DNA from: the human T2T-CHM13v2.0 reference genome, Homo sapiens
NCBI RefSeq assembly: GCF_009914755.1
Contig: NC_060929.1
Direction: 5' to 3' (one strand)
DNA length: 64,000 bases
A program made the position numbers and the translations under genes. The notes below the pieces were generated by a model. It searched no databases. It saw only the letters and a program-made list of their open reading frames with translations, and had not been told where the DNA came from. Positions 42,185 through 60,433 of the stretch are shown piece by piece (the stretch's first letter is position 1; the number at the start of each line of letters is the position of its first letter).

Positions 42185-43119
42185 TGAATAAAGTTGGAAA
42201 GTATTTACCAACACAAGAATATAAAGAATAGCAAAGTGGAAGTGTACAAGATTTCTATTAGTATTTCTATCAATGACGATTGTTCTGTCTTGTCTCCATA
42301 AGAGTGTTTGTTTGCAGGAAACTCTGCTGCTTGAACTCCAGTGATTCCTGCAGAACTTTTAACTTTGAGTTGTTCATTTTTTTTACTTGTTTGTTATTGG
42401 AAATTGTAGTTAATAATTATAATCCTGTGTCAGAAAGTTGAATCTTGCAATATTTACCCTATTGAATATTTCACTGACCTTACTAGTAAGTGGAATAGAC
42501 TGGAATAAAACCTGTTCATATCCTACTGGATTTAGGAAAAGCCATCCTTTTCTTCTTTGTACTCTTCAGGTAAAGATGAGTGGTTAGTACAGTAGAGATA
42601 TTTTTAGAACACTGCCCAGAATTTGACTTTTCCCTCAATAAACACAATACTTTCTGATAGCCGTGCTTGTTTAGCCAGAGGAAGAAGTAAAGTAATCTAT
42701 TTTTTTTGTTTGCTTTTCAATCCTACTTATTTGTTCATATAATTAGTGGAAATTCATCCAAATTCTGGGGACTGGTTGACTGTACATCCTAGTTACATCC
42801 TAGGCAGGCGTTTTTCTCTTTAGATCTCAGTTGAAAATTAATGTGATTTTTCAGAAACCTTTATAGAAAACTAGTCAGATACCATTTTAATCCAGTATTT
42901 TAACAATTTAGGCATTTAATTTTATTTAATTCCATACTTCTTGAATTCCTACTATGTGTCAGATGTAGTCAAGAGAATTAGGTGTAAATTTCTGAGCCTG
43001 CGAGTTGCCTTTCCCAGAAGGATCTTTTGCTGTGAAAGATTGCTGTTAATGGTGCAGATGGCTGGGTTTTCTGAGGCCATTTCTCCACTGAGTGCCCCAC
43101 CCCCTAAGTAAGGGTGTGA

Positions 43120-43503
<384 letters not shown>

Positions 43504-43620
43504 TCACTAGAGCACCCATGCTGCAGCTGCAACTCCTTGGCATCAGGACCAGTCCTTTCTCTTCCAGGACTGGAGACACATGCATCTTCAAATCTGCAGA
43601 GCCCACAACCAGCATGGTAT

Positions 43621-44054
43621 TGTCATGCGTGTCCATGTGAAGAGACCACCAAACAGGCTTTGTGTCAGCAATAAAGCTTTTTAATCACCTGGGTGCAGGC
43701 GGGCTGAGTCCAAAAAGAGAGTCAGTGAAGGGAGATAGGGATGGGGCCGTTTTATAGGATTTGGGTGGGTAGTGGAAAATTACGGTCAAAGGGGGTTGTT
43801 CTCTGGTGGGCAGGGACAGGGGTCACAAGGTGGTCAGTGGGGGAGCTTCTGAGCCAGGAGAAGGAATTTCACAAGGTTAATTGCTCAGTTAAGGTGGGGC
43901 AGGAACAAATCACAATGGTGGAATGTCATCAGTGAAGGCAGGAACCGGCTATTTTCACTTCTTTTGTGATTCTTCACTTGCTTCAGGCCATCTGGATGTA
44001 TTCGTACAGGTCACAAGGGATATCATGGCTTAGCTTGGGCTCAGAGGCCTGACA
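43621..44054 (-). promoter_or_regulatory. HERV-H 3' LTR (LTR7 family, type II/LTR7B-like)
   Basis: 434 bp, TG...CA; TATA (cctataaaa) and ATTAAA on minus strand; purine tract adjacent at 44055-44070. Subtype from recall. Confidence 0.92.
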
Positions 44055-44219
44055 TTCCTGTCTTCTTATATCAATAAGAAAAATAACATAAAATAGTATT
44101 GAAGTGTTGGGGCAGTGAAAATCTTTTTGGGGGCTGGTATGGAGAGATAATGGGCAATGTTTCTCAGGGCTGCTTCCAGTGGCATTAGGGGTGGCATGGG
44201 AACCCAGAGTGGGAGAGAT

Positions 44220-46949
<2,730 letters not shown>

Positions 46950-46950
<1 letters not shown>

Positions 46951-49800
46951 GGAGTAGGCAAGAGAAGATTAGCAGCTTGGCGAATTTCCTGTCTAGCCTG
47001 CTGGAGGACTGGAAGATAGTCACCTAGAGGGCCAGTGTCTGGGACAAGGTTGGAGCCGAGCAAGAAAGTGCGTCCATATAAAAGTTCAAATGGACTGTAC
47101 CCTGTAGCATCTGGAGGACAGGCTCTAATTCTGAGAAGGGCAAGACGTAAAAGTACAGTCCAGTCCTTTCTAAGTTGGAGGCTGAGCTTGGCGAGGTGTG
47201 TCTTTAAAAGATCATTAGTCCATTCTACCTTTCCTGAAGATTGAGGACAGTAAGGGGTATGAAGGTTCCACTAATACCAAGAGCCTGAGAAACTGCTCGG
47301 GTGATTTCACTAGTAAAGGCTGGTCCGTTATCAGACTGTATAGAGGCGGGAAGGCCAAACCGAGGAATTATGTCTGACAGAAAGGAAGAAATGACCATGG
47401 TGGCCTTCTCAGACCCTGTGGGAAAGGCCTCTACCCATCCAGTGAAAGTGTTTACCCAGACCAAGAGGTATTTTAGCTTCCTGACTCAGGGCATGTGAGT
47501 AAAGTTAATTTGCCAGTCCTGGGCAGGGGCAAATTTTTGAGCTTGATGTGTAGGGAAGGGAGGGGGCCTGAGAAATCCCTGAGGAGTAGTAGAGTAGGAG
47601 ATGGAACACTGAGAAGTGATTTTTTGAGGATAGATTTTTATGATGGAAAGGAAAAGAGAGGTTTTAAGAGGCAGGTTAGCGGCTTGTAACCTACAATGAA
47701 GAGGTTATGAAAAGACAATAGAATAGAATGGGCCTGTGAGGCTGGAAGGAGATATTTTCCTTGGTCCAAGAACCATTTGTCTTGTGTGGGAAGAGATTGA
47801 TAGGTGGAAGTTTCAGTGGGAGAGTAGGTGGGAGTAACTGATGAAAAGGAGAAAAACTGGCCATGAGGGACAGAAGTAGGAAGGCTAGCTGCTTCTTTAG
47901 CTACCTTATCAGCATAAGCGTTGCCCTGAGCGATGGGATCTGATGCCTTTTGATGGCCCTTGCAGTGAATGACTCGTTTCTTTTGGAAGAAAAGCAGCCT
48001 TGAGAAGAGTTTTTATTAAAGAGGCATTAATGATGGAGGACCTTTGCATAGTGAGGAAACCTCTTTTAGCCCATGTAACAGCATCGTGGTGCAGGATATG
48101 GAAGGCATATTTACAGTTACTATAAATATTGACACGTAGTCCTTTTGTAAGAGTGAGGGACCGAGTTAAGGCAATGAGTTTGGCGTGCTGAGAGATCATG
48201 GAGGGGGGCAGAGTGGTAGTCTCAATGACAGATGTGGAAGATACTACAGCATAGACTGCCTTTGCTGGTGAGTGGTGATTAGGCCTGGTGGAACTGCCAT
48301 CAATAAACCAAGTATGATCAGGGTGAGGACAGGAAAAAAGGAAATATGGGGAAATGGAGTGAATGCCAGGTGTATTAGAGAGATACAGTCATGGGGGTCA
48401 GGTGTGGTATCAGGAATAATGTGGGAGGCTGGATTGAAGTCCAGGCCAGGAACAATGGTAATTGTGGGAGACTCAACAAAGAGTGAGTATAGCTGAAGGA
48501 GCCAGGGAGCAGAAAGTATATGTGTCAGGTGTGAGGAAGAAAATAGATTTTGGAAGTTATGAGAACTATAGAGAGTGAGTTGAGCATAGTTTGTGATTTT
48601 GAGGGCCTTTAAAAGTATTAGGGTGGTGGCAGCCACTGCACAGAGACATGATGGCCAGCCTAAAACAGTAAGGTCAAGTTATTTGGACAAAAAGGCTACA
48701 GGACCCGGTCCCAGTCCTTGTGTAAGAATTCCAACTGCACAGCCCTGCACTTCAGCTGTGTGTAATGAAAAGGGTTGGGATGAGTCAGGGAGAGCTAGTG
48801 TGGGAGCAGTCTCTAAAGCTGTCTTCAAGGAACGGAAAGAGGAGTGGGGAAAGGATTTAGGATCTATGGGGTCAGCTAGGTTTTCTTTTGTGAGTTTATA
48901 TAACGGTTTTGTTAGGATGGTAAAACCAGGTATTTAAAGGCGCAAGTACCTAACTATGCCTAGGAAGGAAAGGAGTTGTTGTTTTATAGAAGGGGTTGGG
49001 GTTTGGGAGATTAGCCAGGCATGATCAGCAGGGAGAGCACATGTGTTTTTATGAAGAATTATGCCAAAATAGGTAATGGATGAGGAAGAAATGTGGGTTT
49101 TGGAAGGGGATACAAGATATCCTTTTGAGAATAGATGTTGGAGGAACAGGAGGGTGTCCTGTTGGGAAGATTTGTAGGAGGGGCTATAAAGTAGAAGGTC
49201 ATCAAAATATTTAATAAGGTGAGAAGCAGATGGATGGAAAGAAAGTAAATTATGAGAAAGGGCTTGACTGAAGTAATGAGGGCTGTCCATGAAGCCTTGT
49301 GGCAATACAGCCCAGGTAAGTCACTGAGACTGATGGGTGTCAGGGTCAGCCCAGGTAAAAGCAAAGAGAGGCTGGGAGGAGAGGTGCAGGGGAATAGTGA
49401 AAAAAGCATCCTTAAGATCAAGAATGGAATAGTGAGTTGTGGAGGAAGGTATTGAGGACAAAACAGTGTACGGGTTGGGCACCACAGGGTGGATAGGCAA
49501 AACAATTTGGTTGATAAGACGCAGATCCTGAACTAACCTGTAAGACTTGTCCGGTTTTTGAACAGGTAAAATGGTGGAATTGTAAGGAGAGTTTATAGGT
49601 TTTAGAAGCCCATGCTGTAGCAGGCGAGTGATAACAGGCTTTAATCCCCTTAAAGCCTGTTGTGGGATGGGATACTGGCATTGAGAGAGGTAAGGGTGAT
49701 TAGGTTTTAATGGGATAGTAATGGGGATGTGATCGGTTGCCAAGGAGGGAGTAGAGGTGTCCCATACTTGTGGGTTAAGGTGGGGGGATATGAGAGGAAG
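46950..49800 (-). pseudogene. pol: HERV-H pol remnant (RT, RNase H, integrase), frameshifted
   Basis: ILPVQKPDKSYRLVQDLR, LDLKDAFF, PQGFMDSP, YFDDLLL (RT); AKLIALTRSL..VNIYSNCKYAF (RNase H); WVEAFP..IPRFGLP..QSDNGPAF (integrase). Confidence 0.95.
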
Positions 49801-49999
49801 ACACGAAGGAGGCTTTGAACTGGGGAAAAGGGCAGCAATGAGGTGTGGCTGTAGCCTAGGAATAGTCAGGGAAGCAGATAATTTAGTTAAAATGTCTCAA
49901 TCTAATAAGGGAGCTGGGCAGGTGGGGATAACTAAAAAGGAGTGCATAAAAGAATGTTGTCCAAGTTGGCATCAGAGTTGGGGAATTTTAAGAGGTTTA

Positions 50000-51400
50000 G
50001 AATCCTGGCTGTCAATACCTACAATAGTTATGGAGGCAAGGGAAACAGGCCCTTGAAAAGAAGGTAATGTGGAGTGGGTAGCCTCCGTATTGATTAAGAA
50101 GGGGATGGACTTACCCTCCACTGTAAGAGTTACCGAAAGCATCTGTGGTGGTCCAGGAAGCTCCTGAGGCTATCAGGCAGCATCAGTCTTCAGCCACTAA
50201 GCCGAGAAGATCTTGGAAGGAGTCAGTCAGAGAGCCTTGGGCCAGAGTTCCAGGGGTTCTGGGAGTGGCTGCTGGGTGAGTTGAACAGTCCGATTTCCAG
50301 TGGGGTCCCGCACGGATGGGACACGGCTTAGGAGGAATCCCAGGCTGCAGGCATTCCTTGGCCCAGTGGCCAGATTTCTGGCACCTGAAGCAAGATCCTG
50401 ATGGAGGAGGTCCTGAAAGAATGGCTGACCGCTGTGGCTTAGGCAGTTTCTCTCACAGCAGAGGCAAGTAATTGCAACTCTTCTCTATTATTGATTGTAT
50501 ACCTTGAAGGCAAGGTTAATTAAGTCCTGTTGTGGGGTTTGAGGGCCAGAATCTAATTTTTGGAGCTTTATTTAATGTCAGGAGTGGATTGGGTAATAAA
50601 ATGCATATTGAGAATAAGACAGCCTTCTGATCCTTTAGGGTCTAGGGCTGTAAAGCATTTCAGGGTTGCTGCCAAACGAGCCATGAACTGGGCTGGGTTT
50701 TTATATTTGATGAAAAAGAGCCTAAACACTAACTGATTTGGGAGAGGTTGGATGAAGAAAAAGGAGCATTAACCTTGACTATGCCTTTAGCTCCAGCCCC
50801 CTCTTTAAGAGGAGATTGTTGGGCAGGTGGGGGAGGGCTAGTCGCAGAACAAAACTGTAAGCCAGACCAGGTGTGACAAGGGGAAGTGATAGAAGGATTA
50901 TAGGGTAGGGGAGAGGAGGCTGAGGAAGAATTGGAGCCTGATTCAGCCTCATGGGGAGTGACCTGAGGAGGAGCAGTCTGGGGAGGAGGGGAGAGGTTAG
51001 ATGGGTCGGTACAAAAGGAAGATTGAAAAGACTTAGTAACACTTGGGGTTGGGACTGAGGGGACAGGTAGGAGGGAAAGAAGGAGGATTTGGGATGAGTT
51101 TTATTGGGAACAGAGACTAGGGAGGGACCGATGTGTAAAAGAATGCCTGGATGTCAGGCATCTCAGACCATTTGCCCATTTTACGACAAGAATTACGTAG
51201 ATCTTGTAAGATGGAGAAATTGAAAGTGCCATTTTTTGGCTATTTAGAACCATTGTCGAGTTTGTATTGGGGTCAAGCGGTATCGCAGAAGAAAATAAGG
51301 CATTTAGGTTTTAGGTCAGGTGTGAGTTGCAGAGGTTTTAAGTTCTTGAGAACACAGGCTAAGGGGGAAGAGGGAGGAATGGAGGGTGGAAGGTTGCCCA
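50000..51400 (-). pseudogene. gag: HERV-H gag/pro remnant
   Basis: Lies between leader and pol; zinc-knuckle-like GHWAKECLQP (50345-50375) and protease-like LINTEATHS (~50070-50100) on the minus strand; no long ORF. Confidence 0.75.
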
Positions 51401-51928
51401 TAGTGAAGGGAGCAAGCCCAGAGAAAAGAGAGGGTAGAGACACAGAGAGAGGGGGTGGGTGGGGGGTGTTTGCCCCCCCAGGAAAGTGTATTGGCCACTA
51501 AGGTGGAGGATCAAGGCAGGTGTCCCCATGGTGATCAGACACCTCTGAAATGTGGGTGAATAATCAAGCAGGCGTCCCTGCAGTGATTAAACACCAAGGG
51601 AAGACTGTCTTCCCGAGTCCGTGACTGGTGCCGGAGTTTTGGGTTCACGGATAAAACGCGTCTCCTCTGTCTCTACCAGAAAAGGAAAGGAACTGAAATT
51701 AAGGGAAGGGAGAGATTGAAGGGTGGCACCAACATTGAAAGGAGAAAGAAGTTGAGGGATAGTGAGAGAGGTTGGGGAAGAGAGTAAAAAGAGGCCTCTT
51801 ACCCGATTTAAAATTGGTGAGATGTTCCTTGGGCTGGTTGGTCTGAGGACCCGAGGTCGTAGATGGATCTTTCTCACAGAGCAAAGAGCAGGAGGACAGG
51901 GGATTGATCTCCCAAGGGAGGTTCCCTG

Positions 51929-51946
51929 ATCCAAGTCACGGCACCA
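51929..51946 (-). promoter_or_regulatory. Primer binding site, tRNA-His
   Basis: Minus strand tggtgccgtgacttggat matches TGGTGCCGTGACTCGGAT at 17/18. Confidence 0.95.
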
Positions 51947-51948
51947 AA

Positions 51949-52357
51949 TGTCACACGTGTCCATGTGAAGAGACCACCAAACAGGCTTTTTAATCACCTG
52001 GGTGCAGGTGGGCTGAGTCTGAAAAGAGAGTCAGCTAAGTGAGATAGGGGTGGGGCCGTTTTATAGGATTTGGGTGAGTAGTGGAAAATTACAGTCAAAG
52101 GGGGTTGTTCTCTGGTGGGCAGGGACAGGGGTCACAAGGTGGTCAGTGGGGGAGCTTCTGAGCCAGGAGAAGGAATTTTACAAGGTTAATTGCTCAGTTG
52201 GACAGAAACAAATCACAATGGTGGAATGTCATCAGTGAAGGCAGGAACTGGCCATTTTCATTTCTTTTGTGATTCTTCACTTCCTTCAGGCCATCTGAAT
52301 GTATTCATGCAGATCACAGGGGATATGATGGCTTAGCTTGGGCTCAGAGGCCTGACA
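51949..52357 (-). promoter_or_regulatory. HERV-H 5' LTR (candidate promoter)
   Basis: 409 bp; colinear with the 3' LTR except for 19-bp and 6-bp deletions; TATA retained. Confidence 0.92.
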
Positions 52358-52996
52358 GCGTTAATTATGAGGAAATTCAGAGGAAGAATTTGTCCTTATG
52401 CAGAGAACAAAAGAGAGAGAAGAGTCAGACCCACTAGGTTCAGCCAATTTCTTGCATCTTAGAAGTCTCATTGAAATATAATTATCCAGTTAATGATGGA
52501 AGGAAGAAGGTTTAACTTGTACATTTTTAAAATCCTACATTTTGAAGTATGGTACTAATGTATTTTATATTTATCAATTTATCAATTTGCCAATTTACCA
52601 ATTTTTTGTGTGGAAAAGTGTACTTGATATGTACAGATGATATATGATATGTAAAGAAATGGTATAGAAAATGTAGGTATGTAAAATGAGTAATACAACT
52701 GAAAAGAGCTAATAATAAAATAATATATACAGAATACCCTCATTTAACTTACGTAAGGGCATAAATACACACACAAAATATTTAGAGCCATCTTCCCAAT
52801 TGTAAAAGTGGTAGTAGCTTAAAGGGAAGCTACAGGTGATTTTCATTGCTTTAATACTCAATTATATTTGTGACTTGCATTGAAAAATATTATCGTAATA
52901 ACCCCTTTAAATAAGCCAAAACCAAACTTATAGATAGGATACGTTTCAAAACATCTTAGAGGCACTTAAGAACTGTCTTGCTGTCTTGCCCTTTGA

Positions 52997-53307
<311 letters not shown>

Positions 53308-53407
53308 AGTGGAAACTTTTAAAAAAGTTCTTACTTGTTCATAATTGGCATTGTTCTGAAAAAAATATACTTTGATACTAGCTAGTGTTTCTAATAAAAA
53401 AGGATGA

Positions 53408-53640
<233 letters not shown>

Positions 53641-55319
53641 AAAACTGGAATTTTTCATATATTTTAATAATTTGCCAAAATAAATTCAAATTTGATTCCA
53701 TGGTATGTTAATAACATCCAAAGCTGGAGAGTTTAGTCCTATGAGATGAATTTTCTAACCAGTAATGGACTGGTACAACACTCCACTTTGTGGGAGGAAC
53801 ACGGTGGAAGTCCTTTGGAGGAGGTGGTGAGACTCACATGCAGGTGGAACTCATCTTGGGTGGAAGTAACATCAGAAGTGTTGATATGGCCAAGTAAGCA
53901 GATTATATATCTCATGTCTCTTTTTCCTTTGGACAGCTGATGTAGCAAAATACTAGCAGACTTCCAGAATTTTATTTTCTAGTGATTCCATGACAGAATA
54001 AATAGAATTACCGTGCCATAACAGAGCCCTAGAGTAAAACCTCTCTATCCCCTTCTCCACAAGACCCAGAAAAGTCCCATGGAAAGACTGAGTCCTGATT
54101 TTGAGCGTCTCCAGAAGCATCATCCACAATCAACTGTAATTTCAGTCAAGGTCAAGTTTAGAAAAATTCTTCCCTCAGCAAAAGCACCCAGGAGAGACCC
54201 ATGCACGTGGTGTCACTCTTACATTTCTGCGCCAGTGATAGTACCCTGACCGTATCAAGTGTTTGGGAGGCCCTGGCATTGTGAGGCTCACAATGCACGT
54301 AGAGATGACCGGATAAACAGCATCTTTATTTGTATATACTCAAAGACACATTTATAGCTTCCAAGTAACTTGGTGGGGCTTAGATTTGGATAGGCTAATG
54401 ATTATGGGTTGATTCCTTAAAGTAGCTCCACTGTTTTTAGCATTCCTGGGAAAATCTCAAGAAACTCCACTGCTGTGGGGCTGGTCTTCATGAACGGGCA
54501 CCTGGCTGGGATGGCAGAGGTCACCACGGGGTGAGCCAGCTCCTTGACCAGGAGATTCAGCATCATACTATTCACCAAGAAGCACGTTTTCAGCTGCTTT
54601 TCATAGCTCAGCTTCTCCTAGCATCAGCCACAGGACAATTATAATCTTTTAAAATGCATTTCAACATCAATAGAGTTTGGAAGAAGCCCTTGTGAAAACA
54701 TACTATTGAAAGTATTGATAGGAATTCTTGATAAATCACTCCTATGATTATGGTCAACTTCCTGTTTTTCCTCCTGGAGATGTGTAAGTACGTCCATTTC
54801 TCATTATAGTGAGGATTTTTAATGTAGGATCCTTGTTTTTGTTCAAATTATGTTCAAGTTTTATTGAACACAAATTCAACATTTCAGTATCACAGGAAGG
54901 GTACATGATTCTAGAGAATGAGAACTAAGATCACAATCCTAGACGTCACCTTGGTGAATCAAATACGAATTATTTTCTAAGAGTATTCTTTCTTCCTGAA
55001 AATATTCTGCATTCTGGAAGGGTAGGTATACATCCCAATAGACCGGGTTTGTGAAGTCTTCAGTGATCTTTGAATATCTCAAACTTCATGTTGGTGTGTT
55101 CTAGAAACTCTTATGTTCTCTCAATATCCATGGCAGTCTTTCAAGGCTGCTGCCTTAATTTCTATCACATGTATTAACCATTTCAACGCCAGTGGCTTCT
55201 CTTCCCTTGAGACACAGTTCATGCCAATCTAGATGCCTCAGAGGGTCACCAGTGAATTTCTGGATCATGCACTGAACCCCCAAGGCAATTCTTGTAGCAG
55301 TTTGTTTTCAAAACAGAGG

Positions 55320-55640
55320 TATCAGTCAGGTTAGACTGGATTATGCTACGGTGACACATGACACCACATTCTCAGTGGCGTGACATAGGAGCGCTATTGC
55401 TTGGACAAAGTCTGCTGTGGGTCTGGGTTCCTGTCCGGGTGCCTGCCTTACGGGCTGTGGCTCAGGCTTTCAGACCACTTGCTTGGATCCTGGACATCTC
55501 CATGTGAACATGTGCACCCACCATCGTCACAGGAGAATAAGAGAGAAATGGAGAGACAGCGCCAGCAAGGACAGCTCCAGCCTGGAGGAGCACGTGGTAC
55601 TGCGCTTTGCTCTTCTGTAGCTAGAAAAATGGCTGCCATT
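55320..55640 (-). mobile_element. Ancient MLT1-type LTR fragment
   Basis: tatcagtcaggttagactggattatgctacggtgaca..tctcagtggc resembles the antisense end of MLT1J/K-type LTRs. Confidence 0.55.
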
Positions 55641-56828
55641 CACTTTGAGGGTGGGGAGTTTACTCCTGGAAGTAGAGAAGAAAGGATGTGAGTCAGTGTG
55701 TAAATCTCTCTTGCTCTGAGAAACAGAATACTTCTCTGAGAGACACACAGCTATGTTTCCAGCTGTATTTTCAGAGCTCACAGACTGTACCTTCAATATC
55801 TATGTAAATCTCCCTTTCAGCAGACTTTTCAGTGACAGGTACTTTTCCTCAGGAATCAGTAACATTCGATTAAGGATCTTATATTTCTCAGCATATATGT
55901 TTTAGTAAACAGGCTCATAACATGAATTTAAAAAATATATTTCCCACACCAAATAACCATTTCATACCATCTATATTGAGCCTGTGTTTGAAAGTATGCT
56001 AAACATCATTTTGTTTACTATATTTTAGGTTTTCTGTTTCTTTGTAGACTCTAGCCACATTATTATATATAATATACACTTTTCTGATTATGAACTAGCC
56101 ATTGCTTATTATTAACCTGAAATCAAGACAGATGTGAAAAATAAGGCAAAAAGCACCCCTAGTTCCATATCTTAGAAGTAACTCCAGTTATTATTCTGGG
56201 ATGTTACTGTATAAATAGAATAATATACAATAGTGACCCACCAGTGGTATATTCCCACATAAACTCACAGGATGCCTGCCAGGAGCCCTAAAACCAACTT
56301 CCTTTCAGAATCCCTGAAGAAATATGTTACAAATAGATTCCTGGGCCACTGGCCAGGTTTAATAAATTCAGGTTTTCAATTGTGCAACTCAAGAATTTAT
56401 AATTTTAACAAGCTCCCTAGGGGTTTTTTATAAGACCAACTCAGTCCAATTTGAAACACAGGTTTCTAGGAGCCATGGGTATCTATCACGATTATTGATT
56501 CCTTATCATTGATTCCTCTCCTTCCTTCAAATGTAATGTTAAACACCAGCAAGCTCCTTAGCTTTCACCAACATCATGTATGTCGAATCTGACCAATGAC
56601 ACCACCTACCTACCCTGCCACCTTCCTGAGCAAAGCAGTCATTGTGTCTTGATGGAACAACAGAAACAGCTTAGTGAGTGTTCTCACTGGTTCCTGTGCT
56701 GCCTGGAATCATGTTGCTAAGGTGTAGATCTGGTCACATCATTATACTGTCTGCTACCATCCACTGGCTTCCCACTGCAGTGCCAGTCAAATATAAATGC
56801 ATTTCCCAGGCTCATCCCACCCTGCCCT

Positions 56829-57028
56829 GAGGGTTCCCAAACAGGCCAGGGGGAGGCTTGGCAGTGTCTGTAGGCACTTTTCGTCACCAAACCTAGAAGG
56901 AGCGGTGTTGCTGGCATTGAGTGCAGGGAGGCCAAGGGCGCTGCTCAGCACCCTGCAGGGCAAGGGACAGCCCCACCGCAAGGCAGGATTTGCCCACATA
57001 TCTGCAGTGCAGGAGGTGGGAAGCCCTG
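56829..57028. mobile_element. MER20 (hAT-Charlie) within an L2 fragment (~56590-57130); MER5-like piece at ~56290-56470
   Basis: ttggcagtgtctgtaggcactttt..gctggcattgagtgcagggaggccaaggg..gggacagcccc..gaggtgggaagccctg follows the MER20 consensus. Confidence 0.75.
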
Positions 57029-57305
57029 CCCTAGCAACCTGGCGCTTCTCCCCGCCTTGCCCTGTTGGCCATTATGCCATTCCCCTCTAGTTTTCTATCT
57101 GCAGAACCTGCCACACTCATTCCACATCAGGCACTTCCTAGTTGCATGGAGGGGAGCCAGGCTGGAGAGCCCCACCTGACGTCAGATTTCCTACGAGCAT
57201 GAAATAAGCTGTGAGCGTGCAGAGCCACTGAGATCAGGGCTGTTTGTCCCCACAGCACACCCTGTCCTAACCTGCTTGACTTTGTTTCATGCACAAATCT
57301 CCCCA

Positions 57306-57727
57306 TGTTACCAGTGGAGGGTGTCCAGCTTCTTGGCATCTTGAACAAATAATTGGACAAAATGCATAAACAAAGCAAGGAAAGAATGAAGCAACAAAAT
57401 CAGAGATTTATTGAAAATGAAAGTACACTCCACAGGGTGGGAGTGGTCCTAGCACACGGGCTCAAGAGCCCAGTTACAGAATTTTCTGGGGTTTAAATAC
57501 CCTCTAGAGGTTTCCATTGGTTACTTCCATTGGTTTATATTGGTGTATGCCCTGTGTAATGAAGAGCATGAAGTTAAGTTACAAAGTCATTTACTCTGTG
57601 TATGCCCTATGTAAATGGAGAGGGTATTACCTGTCATCACTGAAGTGTTTCCATTTGATTTAGTTCTAGGAAATCAGCGTGAATCGGCCTTATGTTCTCT
57701 CCCTCCAGCCACTGTTCTCCTGCCTCA
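57306..57727 (-). mobile_element. Solo ERV1 LTR, MER61-like
   Basis: tgttaccagtggagggtgtccag...tctcctgcctca; AATAAA on minus strand; TSD ccca/ccga. Confidence 0.8.
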
Positions 57728-60114
57728 CCGACGTTAGTGAATGGCTTTTATCAATGCGGATTTCTAACAGTGGAACCATTTTCCACTTAGGCTATACCAT
57801 GATTTATTTAGTCTTTCTTCATTGTGAGACAAATTCATTTTAGTTAAATGTAAATTTCAAGTTAAAAAAATTACTTTTTTCCACCTGAATGCTCTCTGTG
57901 AGGTCAAGATATATTTCCTTTGTCTCCCAGGCCTGACAGAGTTTTGAAAAGCTGCTCTTCTGAGATTTAGTACACAAACCTATGCTCTTCTTCCTCACAC
58001 ATTTCCTTTTTATAATGTTTTAACAGGAGGTAAGGAGTGGCTCTTCTGCTGCCTGTAGTAACATTTCTTAACATTTCTGATGCAAATCTGTAAGGAGATG
58101 TTGACACTTGCTTTGGTGGGTGGTTGAGATGAAAGGTCCTGGCGTGGCCAGAGGGGCCCCCACGTGGAGCAGAGGTTGGCTTAGCCACACGGTGGTGGTC
58201 ACTGTGGTCCGGTGGGGGCACAGACTAGACTTTCCAGTGCTGGGTGATTGGTGGAAATTGGGGAAGCCAATTCCGAGATTTGTTATGGTGCAGAGAGAGA
58301 GACGGAACTGCATTCAGACAAAAACAGAAGGTAAGAAGAAAACTCTATTTTGAAATTTTGAATTGGGGAGATTTCAATTTAGTTATGGAAGCCTCTGAGA
58401 GTAATTCCATCACTGAACTTAAAGATCAATGCTGGTATTCACTTTGAAGATTTGAGGTTTTTTTTGCTACCATCCCAGGAGCGAAGAAAGCATCTGGATC
58501 CTGGATGGCAAAAATGCCACCGCCTTTTCCAACAGCACTGCTATCTTTTGTGATTGGAACACACCAGCAGGGAATGCTTTGGCAGGGAAATCCTAAGGAG
58601 CACCTCATATCCAAATCCCTAATCCCTGGCCTACTCACATGACCAGGAGTCATCTGTAATACTGTCCAAGGTTAGATAGTTTTATAGAAGGACAAAATTA
58701 AATGAAAATCCTTAGTAAAATAGGCATGCTTATGCTAGCTGTATATTAAAGCATGTCTGGGACATCATGGTAAGCTGGGTACATTGCAGCATGCTCTCCA
58801 GCGAAGCAGCTAAACCTAGCTGGAAGTGTTGCTTTTAGAGGAGAAAACTAGAGGAATCTAGAAGTTTCAATCATGTCAAGCTTAAAAGTTTGGCAAAAAC
58901 AAAAGTATAATTTGCAGTTCTTCTGATTACTTACAGAAACCTAGAAGGGATACATTTTCAGATCTCCACCCCGCCAGAAAAGAAGGATTGCAAAAAATGT
59001 TCTGGGCATCTAACTCTGTCATATCTCTTGCCTTGTACAATCAATTTGATAGTTTTGGTTTGGTGACTTGATGGAAAGACAGTAAATGAAGAATGGTGTG
59101 GGATTTTAGAGTATTCCATTGCCTCATATTTCATGGTCCTGGCAGTGGTTTTACTTTGTAACAGTGCAGAATCCTAATGAGGTATGAAGAGAGAAAGCCT
59201 GGAAACAAGTGGATTTCCATATTGGCGTCAACAGAGACATGTCAGCAGAAAGGTCGCGGCAGGGGGCTGGAGCCTCACTGAAGTTATTCCTGACCCAGCA
59301 TTTAAAAATGTCCTTATTTTAAAGCCTCTGCTTACAGGCCATTAAAAACTTGCTGTGGGACATTTTCTAGAATGACGTTCGCAACATGACATTGGGATTA
59401 CTGATGTAAAGAAACTTAATTGCTTAGATCAAAATGTACTTTGGGTTTTTTGAATGGTTTTAAATGTTCAGAAGGAAAAGGATTGGATAATTTAGGAAGA
59501 CATTTTGTAAAATAAAATAACTTTTGGCAGATAGGCTGGAAAAGGCAAACAAGAAACACAGGTAATGGTTTCATTTCAGGAACAAAGGAAACAAATGTTC
59601 ATTTATAGAGAGCTCATAAAATCTAAAATATCATAGATAACCTCTACATATGTGTTATTTTTTATTTGGGTCTTTTCTTTGCTTGGGGAAGAAGAGCTCA
59701 CATTTTTCATTTTAGATACTTGCAAGGTATTTGCACATTGACTTGTCTTATTAGCTTCTCGAAATATCCCTGCAGCACTTTATATGGACGCAGCAACCGA
59801 CATGCAGACAGGTGGAGGAGCATGCTGGTGAAAGGGACACAGGATCTCTCTGGAGTCTCTTTTGTAAGAACACTCAATCCCTTAATTGTGAGGGGGACAT
59901 AAGCATTCAGTCTTAGCACCCAGCAAATCCTGATGAAGAGCAACTGGTTGTGGATATATTTGATGATTAGTAAAGGTAGGAAAGGCAGGCAAGACATCTC
60001 TGGGCTTTGTTGCATTTAACCACCATGACCTGCATCTGACAGTTGTGCGAACGGTCATCATAGTCATCTCTTCTCCTTTATTTTCTTTATCGTGGTCTTC
60101 CTTAGCTTTGTCTT

Positions 60115-60433
<319 letters not shown>

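Noticed and set aside
57530-57620. Possible p53 sites in the MER61-like LTR
   Set aside because: The repeats read gtgtatgccc and lack the CWWG core; no paired half-sites seen.
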